Shown here: positions 37,241 to 49,550 of the stretch, one piece after another
Position numbering within the stretch: the first letter of the stretch is position 1
Layout of the letters: each line of letters starts with the position of its first letter
DNA from: Dicyema japonicum
Taxonomy: Eukaryota > Animalia > Dicyemida
Reading direction: 5' to 3'
Length of the DNA: 64,000 bases
Assembly (NCBI GenBank): GCA_011109175.1
Contig: RDEW01000028.1
Span: forward strand, 1 to 64,000
Notes under the pieces: generated by a model
Told to the model about the DNA's origin: nothing
What the model saw: the letters and a program-made list of their open reading frames with translations, nothing else
Databases searched by the model: none
Program-made: the position numbers and the translations under genes

Positions 37241-38489
37241 TAACCCCTGTCAGTAGAGTGAATCTACAAGAAGTACTCGGGATCCCACGACAAACATCGG
37301 GGAGTAATAATAATTTAAAAAATGAGCTTTATGAAATAAACAGCGAGTTTTGACGAAATTTTGATTTTTATATGTTAAAATGAGTTTGATGCTGAGTGAA
37401 CTACCTTGATGTTAATTTGTTCTTTTTACTGGACAACAAAGTAATTTTTGATGACTTTGAATTGGACATTACATAAATAAGATAACGAGTTAATAGGAAG
37501 GTGACTTCTTCATAGAGAAAAGAATGCCATTTCCCTTGACAACTCCCAATCGAGCAGTCATTCAATTTCAAGATGTTCCCAAGTCAATAAATTTTTGACA
37601 CTTTGAATTATTGCTAATTTTGTTAGTATGACAAAGTAATACACAAACGTATGGCTGACCTATTGGTTTGCTTAAAAAGGACAGTGATAAGAGGTACCAT
37701 TCCCTCAAGGAAGCGACTTCAATAAAATTTTTCGAATAATGTTCGTTTTACTTGGCTCCATTCTGTTGCATGTCATTTTCTTATGGAGGTTTCGTTCAGT
37801 TATTTAATTTTAGGCTTAGTCACTCTACACCACAAAAAACTGGCGGTCTTAGAAGATCCAACCGCTTTGAAAGAAGGGAAATAGTCCATGTGTTAGAATT
37901 AGTTTATACAATTTAATATCAAAGTAAATTTAGGAGAGAATAGCGTAGTTCAAACCACTCAAGTCATGGAATTTATATTGTATCCAAAAAACAAAAAAAA
38001 CTTAATGTTTTTACGACTGATCCACCGCAAACCTTGCGTATTTGGAGTCTCACTTCTACACACTCAAATCTGTAATCAGATTGAAATTGGTCGCACAAGG
38101 GCAATGGAGCATGAAAACAAATTGGTACTAAATCTTTATGCAAAAGTTATGTGAATTAAAGTTTTATTAAATAAAAATTATTAACTTAATGGAGATTTAA
38201 CATTTATTAAAAATGGACCTGCAAGTCCCAGCTAATGTAGCCACGCAAGACTTTTTCGTTTTTATGGAATACCATTGTCCTGGACCTTCAAAAGATTGGG
38301 AGCCCTCGAGAAGGTAGATGGCTTATATGGAGTACGAGAGCTTGCTTTTAGTAGAAATAAATGAAGGAAGATAATGTCGATGCTAGTCTTTTTGGTTGAA
38401 AATGCTTCTAGACTCCCGAATGAACAAGAGATTCTCAGTCTCTCAGGTTGCACATAATTTTCTGCTGGTTTATAGGACTTTTATTATTC

Positions 38490-38830
38490 TTAATAGCACT
38501 TTCGAAGAACCAAAAATGTAATTTATTTAATTAAGGTTCCGCCTGTGCCGTATTTTTCTTCAGGTTATTTTTTCTCCCACAATTCTCTTGACTAACTTCC
38601 TCCATGCTCCACGGTTACTGGCAATTATTATGAGCGTATCCAGATCATCTCCTGTTTTCAGCTTTCGTCCTACATTGGTCAGGTCCTTGTGTAGAACCTC
38701 TGGCAAAGTTATGCGAGGTCTTCCACGGAACGAGGTATTCACTTCTGGGCAGAAATAGTTATCCATTGCTATTTTAGCAGGCGTCATCTGGCTCATTCGA
38801 AGGATGTCACCAAACAGACGCCATCTTGAT
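38490..38830 (-). mobile_element. RTE-clade 3' fragment
   Basis: AMDNYF..FRGRPRITLPEVL..WRKLV. 3' end AAGTGCTATTAAGAATAATAA. Confidence 0.8.
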
Positions 38831-38926
38831 TCAAGGAGAGGACTTTTGCTGAATTCAATATCATAATTATGTCGATCTTTAATTCAGAGAAATGTGGTTC
38901 GCCACTTCTGTTAGTCCATCATTTAC

Positions 38927-39006
38927 GCTGAAGGCTTGACGAGGTTGAGTGTTGCAATATTCGTCCAATGTGGGAAAAGGAGAAGTGGTTCGAACCCCGT
39001 CCAGTC
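38927..39006 (+). pseudogene. Degenerate tRNA-like element with long variable arm
   Basis: GCTT/GAGT D-stem, partial TTGCA/TCCAA anticodon stem, GGTTCGAACCCC B box. Homologous to 21202-21278. Confidence 0.35.
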
Positions 39007-39242
39007 TAAAATCAGAGAAGCTGCATGTATAATATAAAAGTTAGTATGATTTTATACATGTCGATTTGAAAACTATTATTAAACACTATTTATGAATATA
39101 AAATTTATACTTATTTAAATTGGGGACATGTCTTATTTAAATTGGAGACGTCGAACCTAATCCGGGTTAATCGGAATACATAATATTTAATGATAATATT
39201 AAAATTATTATTTTTTAAATAAAAATATAATTTAAAATCATT

Positions 39243-40744
39243 ATGAATTTGTTCGATGTGGATCATAATAAAAAACGTGATGAAATTATAGAATTATTAT
39301 CAAAAAATCCCAAATTCTATAACAATGATGAATTCAATTTAACGAAAATTCTTCTTCCGTATTACAATCAGGGAAGAACTGAGGATATTCCGATATCAGA
39401 AATATCCGACGTATTTGAGTCCCAAAATAATATAAATTTTTTAAATTATATTTCAAATTCTATTTTTAAAAAATATATAAGGTCTAAATTTAAATTATTT
39501 TCAGTTTTGGTGGGTCTCAACTATCTCTTCTGCACTCTTCTGAGGTACCCCTTCCTATTATTTTAGTTTTTGTCCCTATTTGGTCCTAAGATTGAGGATG
39601 CCGAATACTACCAAAGAACGTCCTTTAATTCGTGACCCACGTTTTTGTAACTTTGCAGAAATGACAGAGCACGTGCTCTATTGAACCGCCGGAGTTATAA
39701 AGAACGTACCACAATCACGGAAAGTGCCAGAATATTCGACCTGTTGAATCGTCCTACCTCTAAGGCACGTGTTAGTCAAACTTGTAGACTAAGATAGAAC
39801 ATGCCAGATTCCGAAGCAGGAAAGCCCACGTGCGTCACTTCTGTGAGTTCTGCACACGTGCTGATTGCCCCAAAGATGACTGTGAGAAGGTTCACTTTGA
39901 TAGGATCATGACGGGATACACAGATGGTAGAACATTTTGTGATTTAGAGACCATGGGGGACTGTTCGTACTTGAATACTTGTTTTCACATGGAAACGTGC
40001 AAGTACTTTCACTATGTGGTGGAAAAAGTCGAGGATCTACCTAAAATGGAGAAGAAGACGATCCTTCGACCTCCCCAATGGATTCAATGTGACATAAGGA
40101 AATTTGATTTGTCGATTTTGGGGACATTTTCTGTGATAATGGCTGATCCCCGTGGGACATTCACATGGACCTCCCCTACGGAACCATGACAGACGAAGAG
40201 ATCCGGAACCTTCCAGTAACCAAACTGCAGACAGAAGGGTTCATATTTTTGTGGGTTACGGGACGAGCAATGGAGTTGGGGAGGAGTCTGTTGAAGCAGT
40301 GGAAGTGAGTGTTGTCATAATATTAGTTACAAGCAGGTCGGGGAGTTGATTTGGGTCAAGACGAACCAACTCCATAGAGTCATAAGGACAGGGAGGACGG
40401 GACATTGGCTAAACCACGCTAAGGAACACTGTCTGGTGAGTGGTAGGTTGATGGCAGATTGGGAAAAAGGGGGAGTTCTTTTATAATGGGGGATTGGATG
40501 GGGATGTGGTGGTCTCTGAGGTGAGGGAAACGTCGAGGAAGCCGGATGAAGTGTATGCTATTATTGAGAGGTTGTCCCCCGGTACGAGGAAGTTGGAGTT
40601 GTTTGGAAGACCCCACAATACGCAGATCAATTGGTGATTATGTGTATTATTGGTAGGCTCACTTTGGGGGATCAAATTGATGGAGTCAAACTGTGTGAAC
40701 CCTTTCTGGTCAATGCTTATAGGGACTATTGTAGAATAAATTGA
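39243..40744 (+). CDS. METTL3: m6A mRNA methyltransferase catalytic subunit
   Basis: CCCH fingers (HFCEFCT..C..VHF; [20 protein letters not shown]), [14 protein letters not shown](P)[60 protein letters not shown]. 22-27 nt introns. Two 1-nt deletions in homopolymers. Confidence 0.95.
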
Positions 40745-43319
40745 GTGTCTTTAATTTATACTTAAGACTTCTTAGTGAGGAACCCTAATGAGGAAAAACT
40801 TATTGGGGATCAATTTAAAATTGCAAGGCACAGGGAGATAACAAATTTAGTCTCTTTAGTGGACCTAATCTTTACGTACAACGTTACTTTGACATTGTAA
40901 ACATCTACATAACAGAATGAGGCACATCATATGAATAGTTTTTCGGTATATTGAATTGAGTCTGTTGAGCTTAGTCTCTGATAACACGAATCTCACGCAA
41001 CAGGGCCATACTCCACAGCCGATAATTTGCCCGTTGAATGTTGCAAACAAAAGCATCCAAATTCAAAGGAGTCCTTTAACAAGTTAAACTTCTGCAGGCT
41101 TTTAGTGAGGACTATCTACGCATGGGAGTTGTAATTAATCTGATTCATTACAAGTAAGGTATACAGTACCCGAAGTTGGACGACTGGCTTCAGAACTGCA
41201 TGAACCCCGTGAGATATGTCAGGACTTTAAAGTACGGCATATGTCTAATCACCTCCTTCCTTTTAAGGCTGTGATCGTTAGTGTTGACCACTCAGGCAAA
41301 TGCGAGTTGGTGACTGAAGCTGTTAAACGTTCCAAACTCATGTTTGGAAGGATCCCTCATGGAGGATGGCAAGTTATCACTGACTCCTTTAATCCCAGCT
41401 TCTCCATTAATAAAGGATTGTCATGAAACTGCTTAAAGCAGAGAATGGAGAAATGAATGTAGAGAAATCTGTATATATAGAAAATGTGTAGAATGTTCAA
41501 ATCAATGAGGTACGCTCTAGTCCACGGGATGTAAGAGTTCCTACTCGGTCAAAGGTGATGTGCTTAATGGATTGAATGCTGAGATAGCCAATTATACTGT
41601 TGTGCACCCACTGCTGACCTTATCGAAATAACGGAATAACTTTTGCAGGGCAGCGGACATATGATGAATTAAAATGTAGGATCTCAACTGCGAGCTCGTG
41701 AAAGAAAGCATAGGAAAGAAAATCTCCGAGCTTAAAGATAACCTTTCCTTCTCAGTACGTTTAGAGACCAAAGAGAAATGATTGACATCTTGACAGCTCA
41801 TGGATATAAGAAATCGAAAGAAGGAGAGTTTACGAGAGTTACTACTATAGGACAGGATAAGAATATTGGAGAAGAGACTCGCAACTTATAAATCGAGGAG
41901 AGCATTCAGGAGAGATAATTATTGGTTTGAATTAAACAAAAAGAGATTTTATCGAAGCCTTAAGTTGGAAAAAATGAGTGTTTATCTTTTTGGGAAACGG
42001 TGTGAAAGTTGAACGTGTCATACGAACTCTCCAAAATAACAAGATACAGAATCGCAGACCTCTTGAAATTAGAGCTTCGGAACTGCTTATTAGAGTGGAA
42101 CTTTCTCTTTTACGATGTGGACATTATCCGTCTCTGACTAAGAGTTCTCATTACTTGTACCCCTCAGGGATTAGTCGCATAACTGTTCTTTACTCTAAAA
42201 TAAAGTGTGTGTCCCTCTCATTCGGAGCTATTTAACAACCCAAATAAACTTCCAAAAGATCATCCTATGTAATGAATAATTTTTATGCTGCGACTACGAG
42301 CAACTGATCTAATCCAGAATAGTGATAATTAATTGTGTTAGTAGAATTCCCCCACATTCAAACGAACTAGTTATATCACATAGGGCTCCTAATTGTCGAT
42401 TCTTGTTGAAGCACTTGTAAATTTCTTTGAAAAGAGCTGGCTCATTGAGCGTTTTCCTTGCAGATCGTCAAGGGAAATGCGTCCCAATTCTGAGTAAAAA
42501 TTTATAGCATTATGCCATGTAAGTGGCCCTACTGCGAGTCCATTATCTCACCAATAATTGATCTCCCAAAAGTGTCAAGTGAAAACTAACCAATTGTAGC
42601 GATACTTCACCCTCAGTATTATTCAGGACTGCCATGCCTCTTTCTTGGAAGTTATACTTAGAAACGTGACATCCGTTCTTTTATTAATTGCTCTGTAGTA
42701 GTTTGAGTCCGGATTGCCGACTCAAGGCTGGAATAATTGTTGGTTTCTGAATTGATTGACGACCATGAATTCCTCGAAAACAAAAAAAAGAGTAAAATTT
42801 AAAAAATAACCAGTATATTTCGACCAGTGCATGCTTGCAAGTAGTCACATATCATTTTCACCTTTGAAAAATTTCTGACCACATGCTTCTTAGTTTTCTG
42901 TGCGAAACTTTATTTTGACTCTAAGGTTTTGTAGGAGTGATTATTTTTGAGAAGAGTGGCTAAATTAAGTTTTGTTTTTTTTACCTCGTGGAATGTCCCC
43001 CGTTGTCCCCGTGTCTGGTAAATCCATTAAAACTTAAAAAAATTAAAGTTGGGAGTTTCCGAAATTATCATTGAAAGTCACACCACGTGATAAGGTTAAC
43101 ATTGCGATTCTAACTCATCAAACAAATTCCAGAACGCAAATTGAAAATCTTGGGCAAAATGGGTTAAATCAGTGGTTTCCAACCTTTTTCAGCAAATGGA
43201 CCACTTTATTTGTTAAAAATTCCATGGACCACTTCTTATACTTTATTATTATTATAGGGGCGTACGCGATGCCAAGATCATGACAAAGCATGTGCAACAC
43301 AAAAAGTTTACAATCTAAT

Positions 43320-43830
43320 TAACGTCCCCCATCTTTTTCGATCCGTTGCTATGTTCCGTAGCATATCTAGATCATCCCTATCTTAAGGCACTTTCCAATC
43401 CTCCTGAGATCTTCATCTAGAATAACCGGCAGTGTTGTCCTCGGTCGGCCACGGAAGCGAGAAGCTTCTAAGACAAAATACTCCTCCATTGCTATGTTGG
43501 CAGGGGTCCCATATCGTGGCGGATTATGTTTCAAAAAGCCTCCATTTTGAATCAGTAATATCACATGATGTTGGTTCAGTTCCTGTTCTCTTGTATAAGA
43601 ATTTGGACGGCATTTTGAAAAAGCTTCGGGAAGAAAGGAGTGCTCGGAGATGAATTCTGTGAAAGAATTCAACTTTTCGAGTTCTTGTCTGTACATACCC
43701 ATGTACCGGCATTATGCAATAGGATTGGCCTCACTAGGGCATTGTATAGTCTCATTCGAGTTTTAAGGTCAAACCGTTTGTGCAGAAGCCGGGTCTTCTT
43801 TCATTTTGTTGAAAGCGACATTATCATACT
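43320..43830 (-). mobile_element. RTE-clade 3' fragment inside the hAT
   Basis: AMEEYF..FRGRPRTTLPVILDEDL. Confidence 0.8.
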
Positions 43831-43899
43831 TTAGGTTAAATCAAATTAAAATTTTTATCTAATTAATTTAATGGTCCACCAATTCAAAAAATTCAAAAG

Positions 43900-46800
43900 G
43901 ATTTGGCAACGCCCAGAGGGCTTCTAATACCCTCCCGAAAAGGACCATTAGACCCCTCCCCCCCCGGGGTCATTATCGACCCCAGGCGATGTGTTTCATA
44001 AAGTCCAAACATTCCCTCAGCCCACTGTGGAGAAAAGAAATTTACTGCTCTCCAAATAAACATAAACGGAATTAAAGGAAATGTCAGGGAACTCCCGACA
44101 ATCCTGGCAAATCAGAAGATCGACGTGGCCATGATTCAAGAAACTAAACTCCGCATGCATGATTCCACTCCTTCATTCCCTGGATGAGGCAATCAGGATG
44201 GACCGTAATAAGAGAAGAGGGGGTGGACTACTTACTCTATTCAAAAAGAACCTGAAATGCAGAGACATTACTTCGGAAGTGAGGAAACTTGTTGGAAATG
44301 ACGAGGTTACTGAGGCAATTGGAATCTCGCTTGGGACAACGAAAGGAAATATGTGCCTCGTGAATATCTACTTGCCTCCTCCTGGCTCCTGCCCAAAGGA
44401 CTATGTTATTCCAAACCTATCAAGATTGGCTATCTACGATGAGATAATCATATGTGGAGATTTAAACTCAAAGCACCCATTATGGTTGTCAACCCAACAG
44501 GCCGACACGGGAGGGAAGCTATTGTTATTGAAATCGGACTCCCTAACAATACTGAACGATCCAGCAAAAAATACAAGGACCCCACTAAGAGAGACGGATC
44601 GGCTTACCTCACCGGATGTAACACTCTGCTCATAGTCGCTTTCATCAAAAATCGATTAGTCAGTCCTCTACGAAACAAGAAGCGACCATAATCCAATTGT
44701 GAAGGTCATGAGAGAAGTCAGAGTGAGGAGAACACCTGCTAGTTATAACTACAAAGCTGCTAATTGGGAATTGTATCGCGCAATCTCTGATGATAGACTG
44801 AAGAATTGTTACTTGGTCAGCTTCAAATCGCTAGAAAAAGCGATCAAATACTTTACTTGCACAATCCTAGAAGCAAGATCATTGGCTATTCCCAAGCATC
44901 GTCTAAACTCCTCTAATGGTCGAGGGAAGTCGGCATTGATCAAAGAAAGAAATCACCTCAAAAAATCTAATTGGATCACATTAAAAACGAAACTCCGGAT
45001 CAGAGCTCTAAACAACGAAATAAAGGCCAGAGAGTTCAAGGCCCAGAAATTGAAGTGGAATCGGATTCTTACAAAGGTAAATCGCAACCGTAGTACCGGA
45101 GAAGTGTGGAAAGCCATCCGAAATGTTGCAAAGGGAGAAGAAACTTCCCCCGAGGATGACTATACTCAACGAGACGTTAACAATTTGATAAAATTCTACA
45201 CAAAAATTTCGTACAAGGAACACAGGAAGTCGGAAGTGCTTCTCTCTTCATGGAGAAAACTGAAGAAGGATTCTAACCCAGTTTACTTCTCGGGTGAAGA
45301 CGTGAAGAATGCGCTGCATTTTACAAGAACAACGTACTCTGCCGGTCCCGACAACATTCCAGTAGTGTTATTGAAGAACCTTGGAGATATTGGAGTCGGT
45401 TTTCTAACGTAGGTGTATAATTATTCAATTAATTGTAATGTAATACCGTTGTTATGGAAGCAGACCAACATCCGACCTATACTGAAACCTGGAAAATCTA
45501 AGGAAGATCCGGCATCATTTAGACCTGTGTCATTGTTATGTTCCATATCGAAAATCCTGGAAAGGCTTGTGCTTGGAAGAATCAAGGCTTTCTTACCAGA
45601 AAAGGATTTTCAACACGGATTCAAGAGCGATTGTTCTACATCAACGTACCTACAGAATTTAACCAACTTCATTAGAGATGGTTTTTCAAACAAACCAAGG
45701 CATTTGAAAACAGTCTTATGTTCCATTGATATTAACTAGGCCTTTGATTCTATTTCGAGAAAAATATTATCAAAGAAAATTTTCCAGTCCGAGATCCCGG
45801 GGAAGCTTAAACTTTGGATAACATAGGACATTGAGAAAATCAGCTGAATTGCTTCTAAACATCCACTTTGATGCGCCGAGTTGGAACCAATGTAAGCTTC
45901 CTACACGCTTCGGAGGAACGGGTCTCAGGTCGGGGCTGGAGATCGCCTATCCAGCATATGTGTCATCGCTCTCAAGTGGAAGCCTTTTGGTCCAAGAAAT
46001 CCTACGTATTACAACCGGGCTCTCTTGGGAAAAAGTCTTCGACGAAGCTCGTTGCGAATGGTGTGAAACTGGTTTGGATATGCCGAACGATCCTTCGAGG
46101 CAACGTGACTGGGATGATATTTACTCCAAGAATATCTTCGACGTGCTAAAGTCTAAGGCCAACCAGCATCGTCTTGCATGCCTCGTGTCCGCCGCCAACC
46201 ATGGGAGCAGAGCCTGGCTGGATGCACTCCCGTTTTCCTCCCTGGGGACCCTATTGGACGATGACTGTATTCGGATTGGAATCGCACAACGCCTGGGAGC
46301 TAATGTTTGCGTCGAACACCAATGTCGCTGTGGAGGGATCGTCGATGCCAAATGGCTACACCCGCTCTCGTGCAAAAGGAGTGCGGGCAGAGCACCCCGC
46401 CATGCTAATATGAACAACATTGTCTTGCGAGCTCTTGAAGCAGCAGGATTTCCGGCAGTACTGGAGCGTGTGGGATTGGAGATGGGAAAAGACCGGATGG
46501 GTTAACTATCTTTCCGTTCACTGAGGGAAAATCGCTCGTATGGGATTGCACTGTTGTGGACTTTCTCGAACTATATGATGCTCAGCTCGGCGTAGTCTGC
46601 TGGATCGGCAGCCGATCTGGCCAAGAAAATAAAGATTACGAAATATGGCGAAATTGGAGACCCCTACCGTTTTGTACCGGTAGCAATCGAGATGTCTGGT
46701 GCGGCCGGAAGTATTGCAGCCTCTTTCCTTAAGGAAATCGGGGAAATTGGCCCACCGCAAGAAAAACGTGCGGGAAGCTGTCTGGCTGAGGCAAAGAATT

Positions 46801-47805
46801 GGAATCGCAGTTGTTCGCGGAAACGCTTACTCCGTGATTACTTCAGCCGCTCTCCCCCATAGTTAATAAATAATATTTTATTGTTAATAAATTTTTGATT
46901 TATAAAAAAAACAAAAAAAACAAATTTCTTAAGTGGACGATGTATGCCTCGAAGGACTGAAATCAGTCTCACGTCTTCTCCCAAACGGTGTCCCCCAAGG
47001 ATCTCCTTTATCCCCCGCCTTATTCAATTTATACCTGGCAGACCTCCCGACACCGGAATCCAATAACGATGTTCTACTCACATATGCGGACTGTTTTGGC
47101 CTCGCGTGATCGGGATATCCAAAATGCTACAGAAAGATTACAAATTAACCTGGACCGACTCAACGCCTGGGTAATAGAGAACCGACTCACGATAAATTCC
47201 AGAAAGTCGGTCACGTCTATGTTTACTTCGGACAAAAAGTTGGGGAAGATGATTGTCAAGTTAAAATTGGACAATATTGAAATCCCCTTCACCAAATGTC
47301 AGAAGATCCTGGGTGTGACACTGGATACACACTTATGTTTTTCACCACATGTGGCAAACATTGTTCTGAAGTGCGAAAAGAGGATCAATGTATTAAAATG
47401 TTTATCTGGAATATGGAAGACAGGCACCCACCCGGTCTTAATGAACATTTACAAGCAATACATCGAACCATGCTTCTCGTACGCGTGTGCTTCGTGGGGA
47501 CCTTCATTATCATGGACGAATACCAAGAAGATCGAGGACGTTCAAAAGAAGGCTTTCATTAATGACGGAGCGGTGGTCTTGTGGGAGACATAGAACGGGA
47601 CCGACTACTCTGGAGGCCCTCATTAAACAAAACTCCGACATGCAGGAAGGTGGCCCTGCAAATACAGTCAGTCGCCCTGTACGAGCTTGTGTGGGTACGA
47701 GGGAGGAGCACCGGGAAAGAATGAGGATTTTGGTGGAGCGCATCGTGATCACGTGATAGTTAGTTTTAATTTTACCGTGGTCTTTGGTGTTAAATAAATA
47801 AAATA
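43900..47805 (+). mobile_element. APE-RT LINE family A, near full-length ORF2, inside the hAT and split by a CRE copy
   Basis: APE: LLQININGIKG, MIQETKL, RGGGLL, NIYLPP, ICGDLNSKHPLW, TSPDVTL. RT: SAGPDNI, SFRPVSLL, FQHGF, GVPQG. C-terminal RPVRACVGTREEHRERM. TAAA tail. Confidence 0.92.
45824..46922 (+). mobile_element. CRE-clade retroelement, 5'-truncated, inserted in the LINE RT
   Basis: [56 protein letters not shown] and a poly(A) tail. The host frame W-I-T|N-F-L-S-G-R rejoins across it. Confidence 0.9.
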
Positions 47806-49162
47806 TTTAGTACACAATTTTAAGACTGTACCTTTTTAAATCGTAAGAATCTCGGAACCAACTGTTAAAAGGACAAAAATTAGGAATTACCATAAAGATT
47901 TTATTCTGTTTGGCTTTGTGTCTGTAGGCTTAACACCTACTCGCTTCGAATGTTCTGCCATCTTGACAAACTATTCCATGAAGAAAGTGAAACTGTAGCA
48001 AGACCAGAAGTCAAAACATTCATCGTCTATTGGTAAAGTTATTGAATTTTTGAGAATAAAAAGAGAAGGCAGCCAGTCAAACTATCTGATTTTGTAAAGA
48101 AAATGAATACTATAGATGCAAAGACGCTCAAACCAAGTTATTTGGTCTCCGAAATTATTGCCAAGATTGGTCTCCTAAGGTTAATGAGGAGAAGCTTGTA
48201 AAACCTACTATCCCTGCTAGTGTTAATAAAATTCTCGGAAAAGATGGTGCAATGAGTAAAATGTCCCTTTCAAACAATACAAGAAACCATCCTTCTTGTC
48301 TAGATTTATCCATGAAGATTATATAATAGAAATGTTATTCATTAAAAGTCGTCTAACACCCTTTGTGGAGAAGCTATATTCAATGAAGTAATGCAATACT
48401 TGAATGCATTGCTGCATGCACTGCCCATCTTGATGGTCTTTTTGTAGACTTGGAGAGAAGATTCAATCACCTTTTAAATATGGATTATCCACTCTGGTTT
48501 GTGGACATACAAAATCATGAACCAAGGAGATTAAAATCCTGAATTGGTTGAAATGCTGGGTTTGAAAGAAAATGTGAAACTGAGAACAAGAGTTGATAAC
48601 GAAGGTGTCTACATATTAATTAAAGACTCACACCCAAATGTTTTCCAGAATGTAGAGACAATCATAATTTCTTCCCTACCACATGGATTGTTGAATCTGG
48701 CTTTTCAGCTGTTTTAGATGTTTTTAGTAAAAAACGAAACGCGTTGGACATAAACAGCAGAAAAACAATAGGATTGAATGCCTGCATCAAAGTTGACTTT
48801 GATATTTTGTGTCAGAAACACCAAGGTAGTCACTAGGTAATTGAATGTTGTCAACTTGTTTTGATGTTTATCCATGATTATTAGAATGAAGAGCTTCAAA
48901 AAAATTGGTTAGTTACATTTTTGTGAAATCGCTCTGTGGACCACAGGACCACTTTGGAAACCACTGGGTTAAATCATAAAAATCGTTTCTCTAATGAATA
49001 AGTGCTTGTTTGAGGTCTAAAAACGCTATTATTAGCTATTTTGATTGATTTAGTGAGGTTATTTGTTTATGTAATTGTCACTCGCTGGGACTGTTGGCTC
49101 GAAGCAACACATCACACGTCAAGTCAAAATATGATAAATCCCATTGAAGAATGAATTCCTGT

Positions 49163-49550
49163 TATTATTATTAAAGCCAAAGAAACACCGTTTAACCACT
49201 AACTTATATTCAGGTGATCCGCCATCTCTCAATAATCGGGCGATCTTTTCTCGATTTTCCATCCGTGACCCCACACATTTTCTATACGGACGGGGGTTTT
49301 TTATCCCTCCTCTTCTGAAATTGCCTCTATGATAGACTCAAGTATTCTGGGGGCAATTTCTCTATCCATATATTTTTCCAGTAAATTGATTGCTTTTGAC
49401 TGGATCTCTTGAATTTTTATTAGGTTCGTTGCCACAAGGTTAGATCCCCACGCAGCACATGCATAGCCTACTGTTGGCTCGATATACTGCTTGTAAAGGG
49501 TCCCGACACCTGGCGGATAAATTCTTCCACATTTCCAAAGGAAGGCTTTT
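49163..49550 (-). mobile_element. LINE family A 3' fragment
   Basis: PRPYRKCVGSRMENREKIARL and the family 3' UTR with (TAA)n. Confidence 0.75.

Larger units (their letters stand above)
43170..48966 (+). mobile_element. Buster-type hAT DNA transposon, internally deleted, hosting nested insertions
   Basis: TIRs CAGTGGTTTCCAA (43170) and TTGGAAACCACTG (ending 48966). Perfect 8-bp TSD GGTTAAAT at 43162-43169 and 48967-48974. Transposase remnants GEKLVKPT..MSLSNNT and LPTTWIVESGFSAVL..KKRN..HQGSH* at about 47990-48836. Confidence 0.92.

Noticed and set aside
41521-41560. FDRVGTLT resembling the P-type ATPase DKTGTLT phosphorylation motif
   Set aside because: The invariant K-T are absent and no TGES, GDGxND or TM segments are nearby.
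46121-47752. Numerous 60-130 aa ORFs antisense or off-frame to TEs and genes (e.g. 46121-46420, 47510-47752, also 3909-4313 and 22359-22688)
   Set aside because: They are shadows of coding sequence on the other strand or frame, with no independent motifs.
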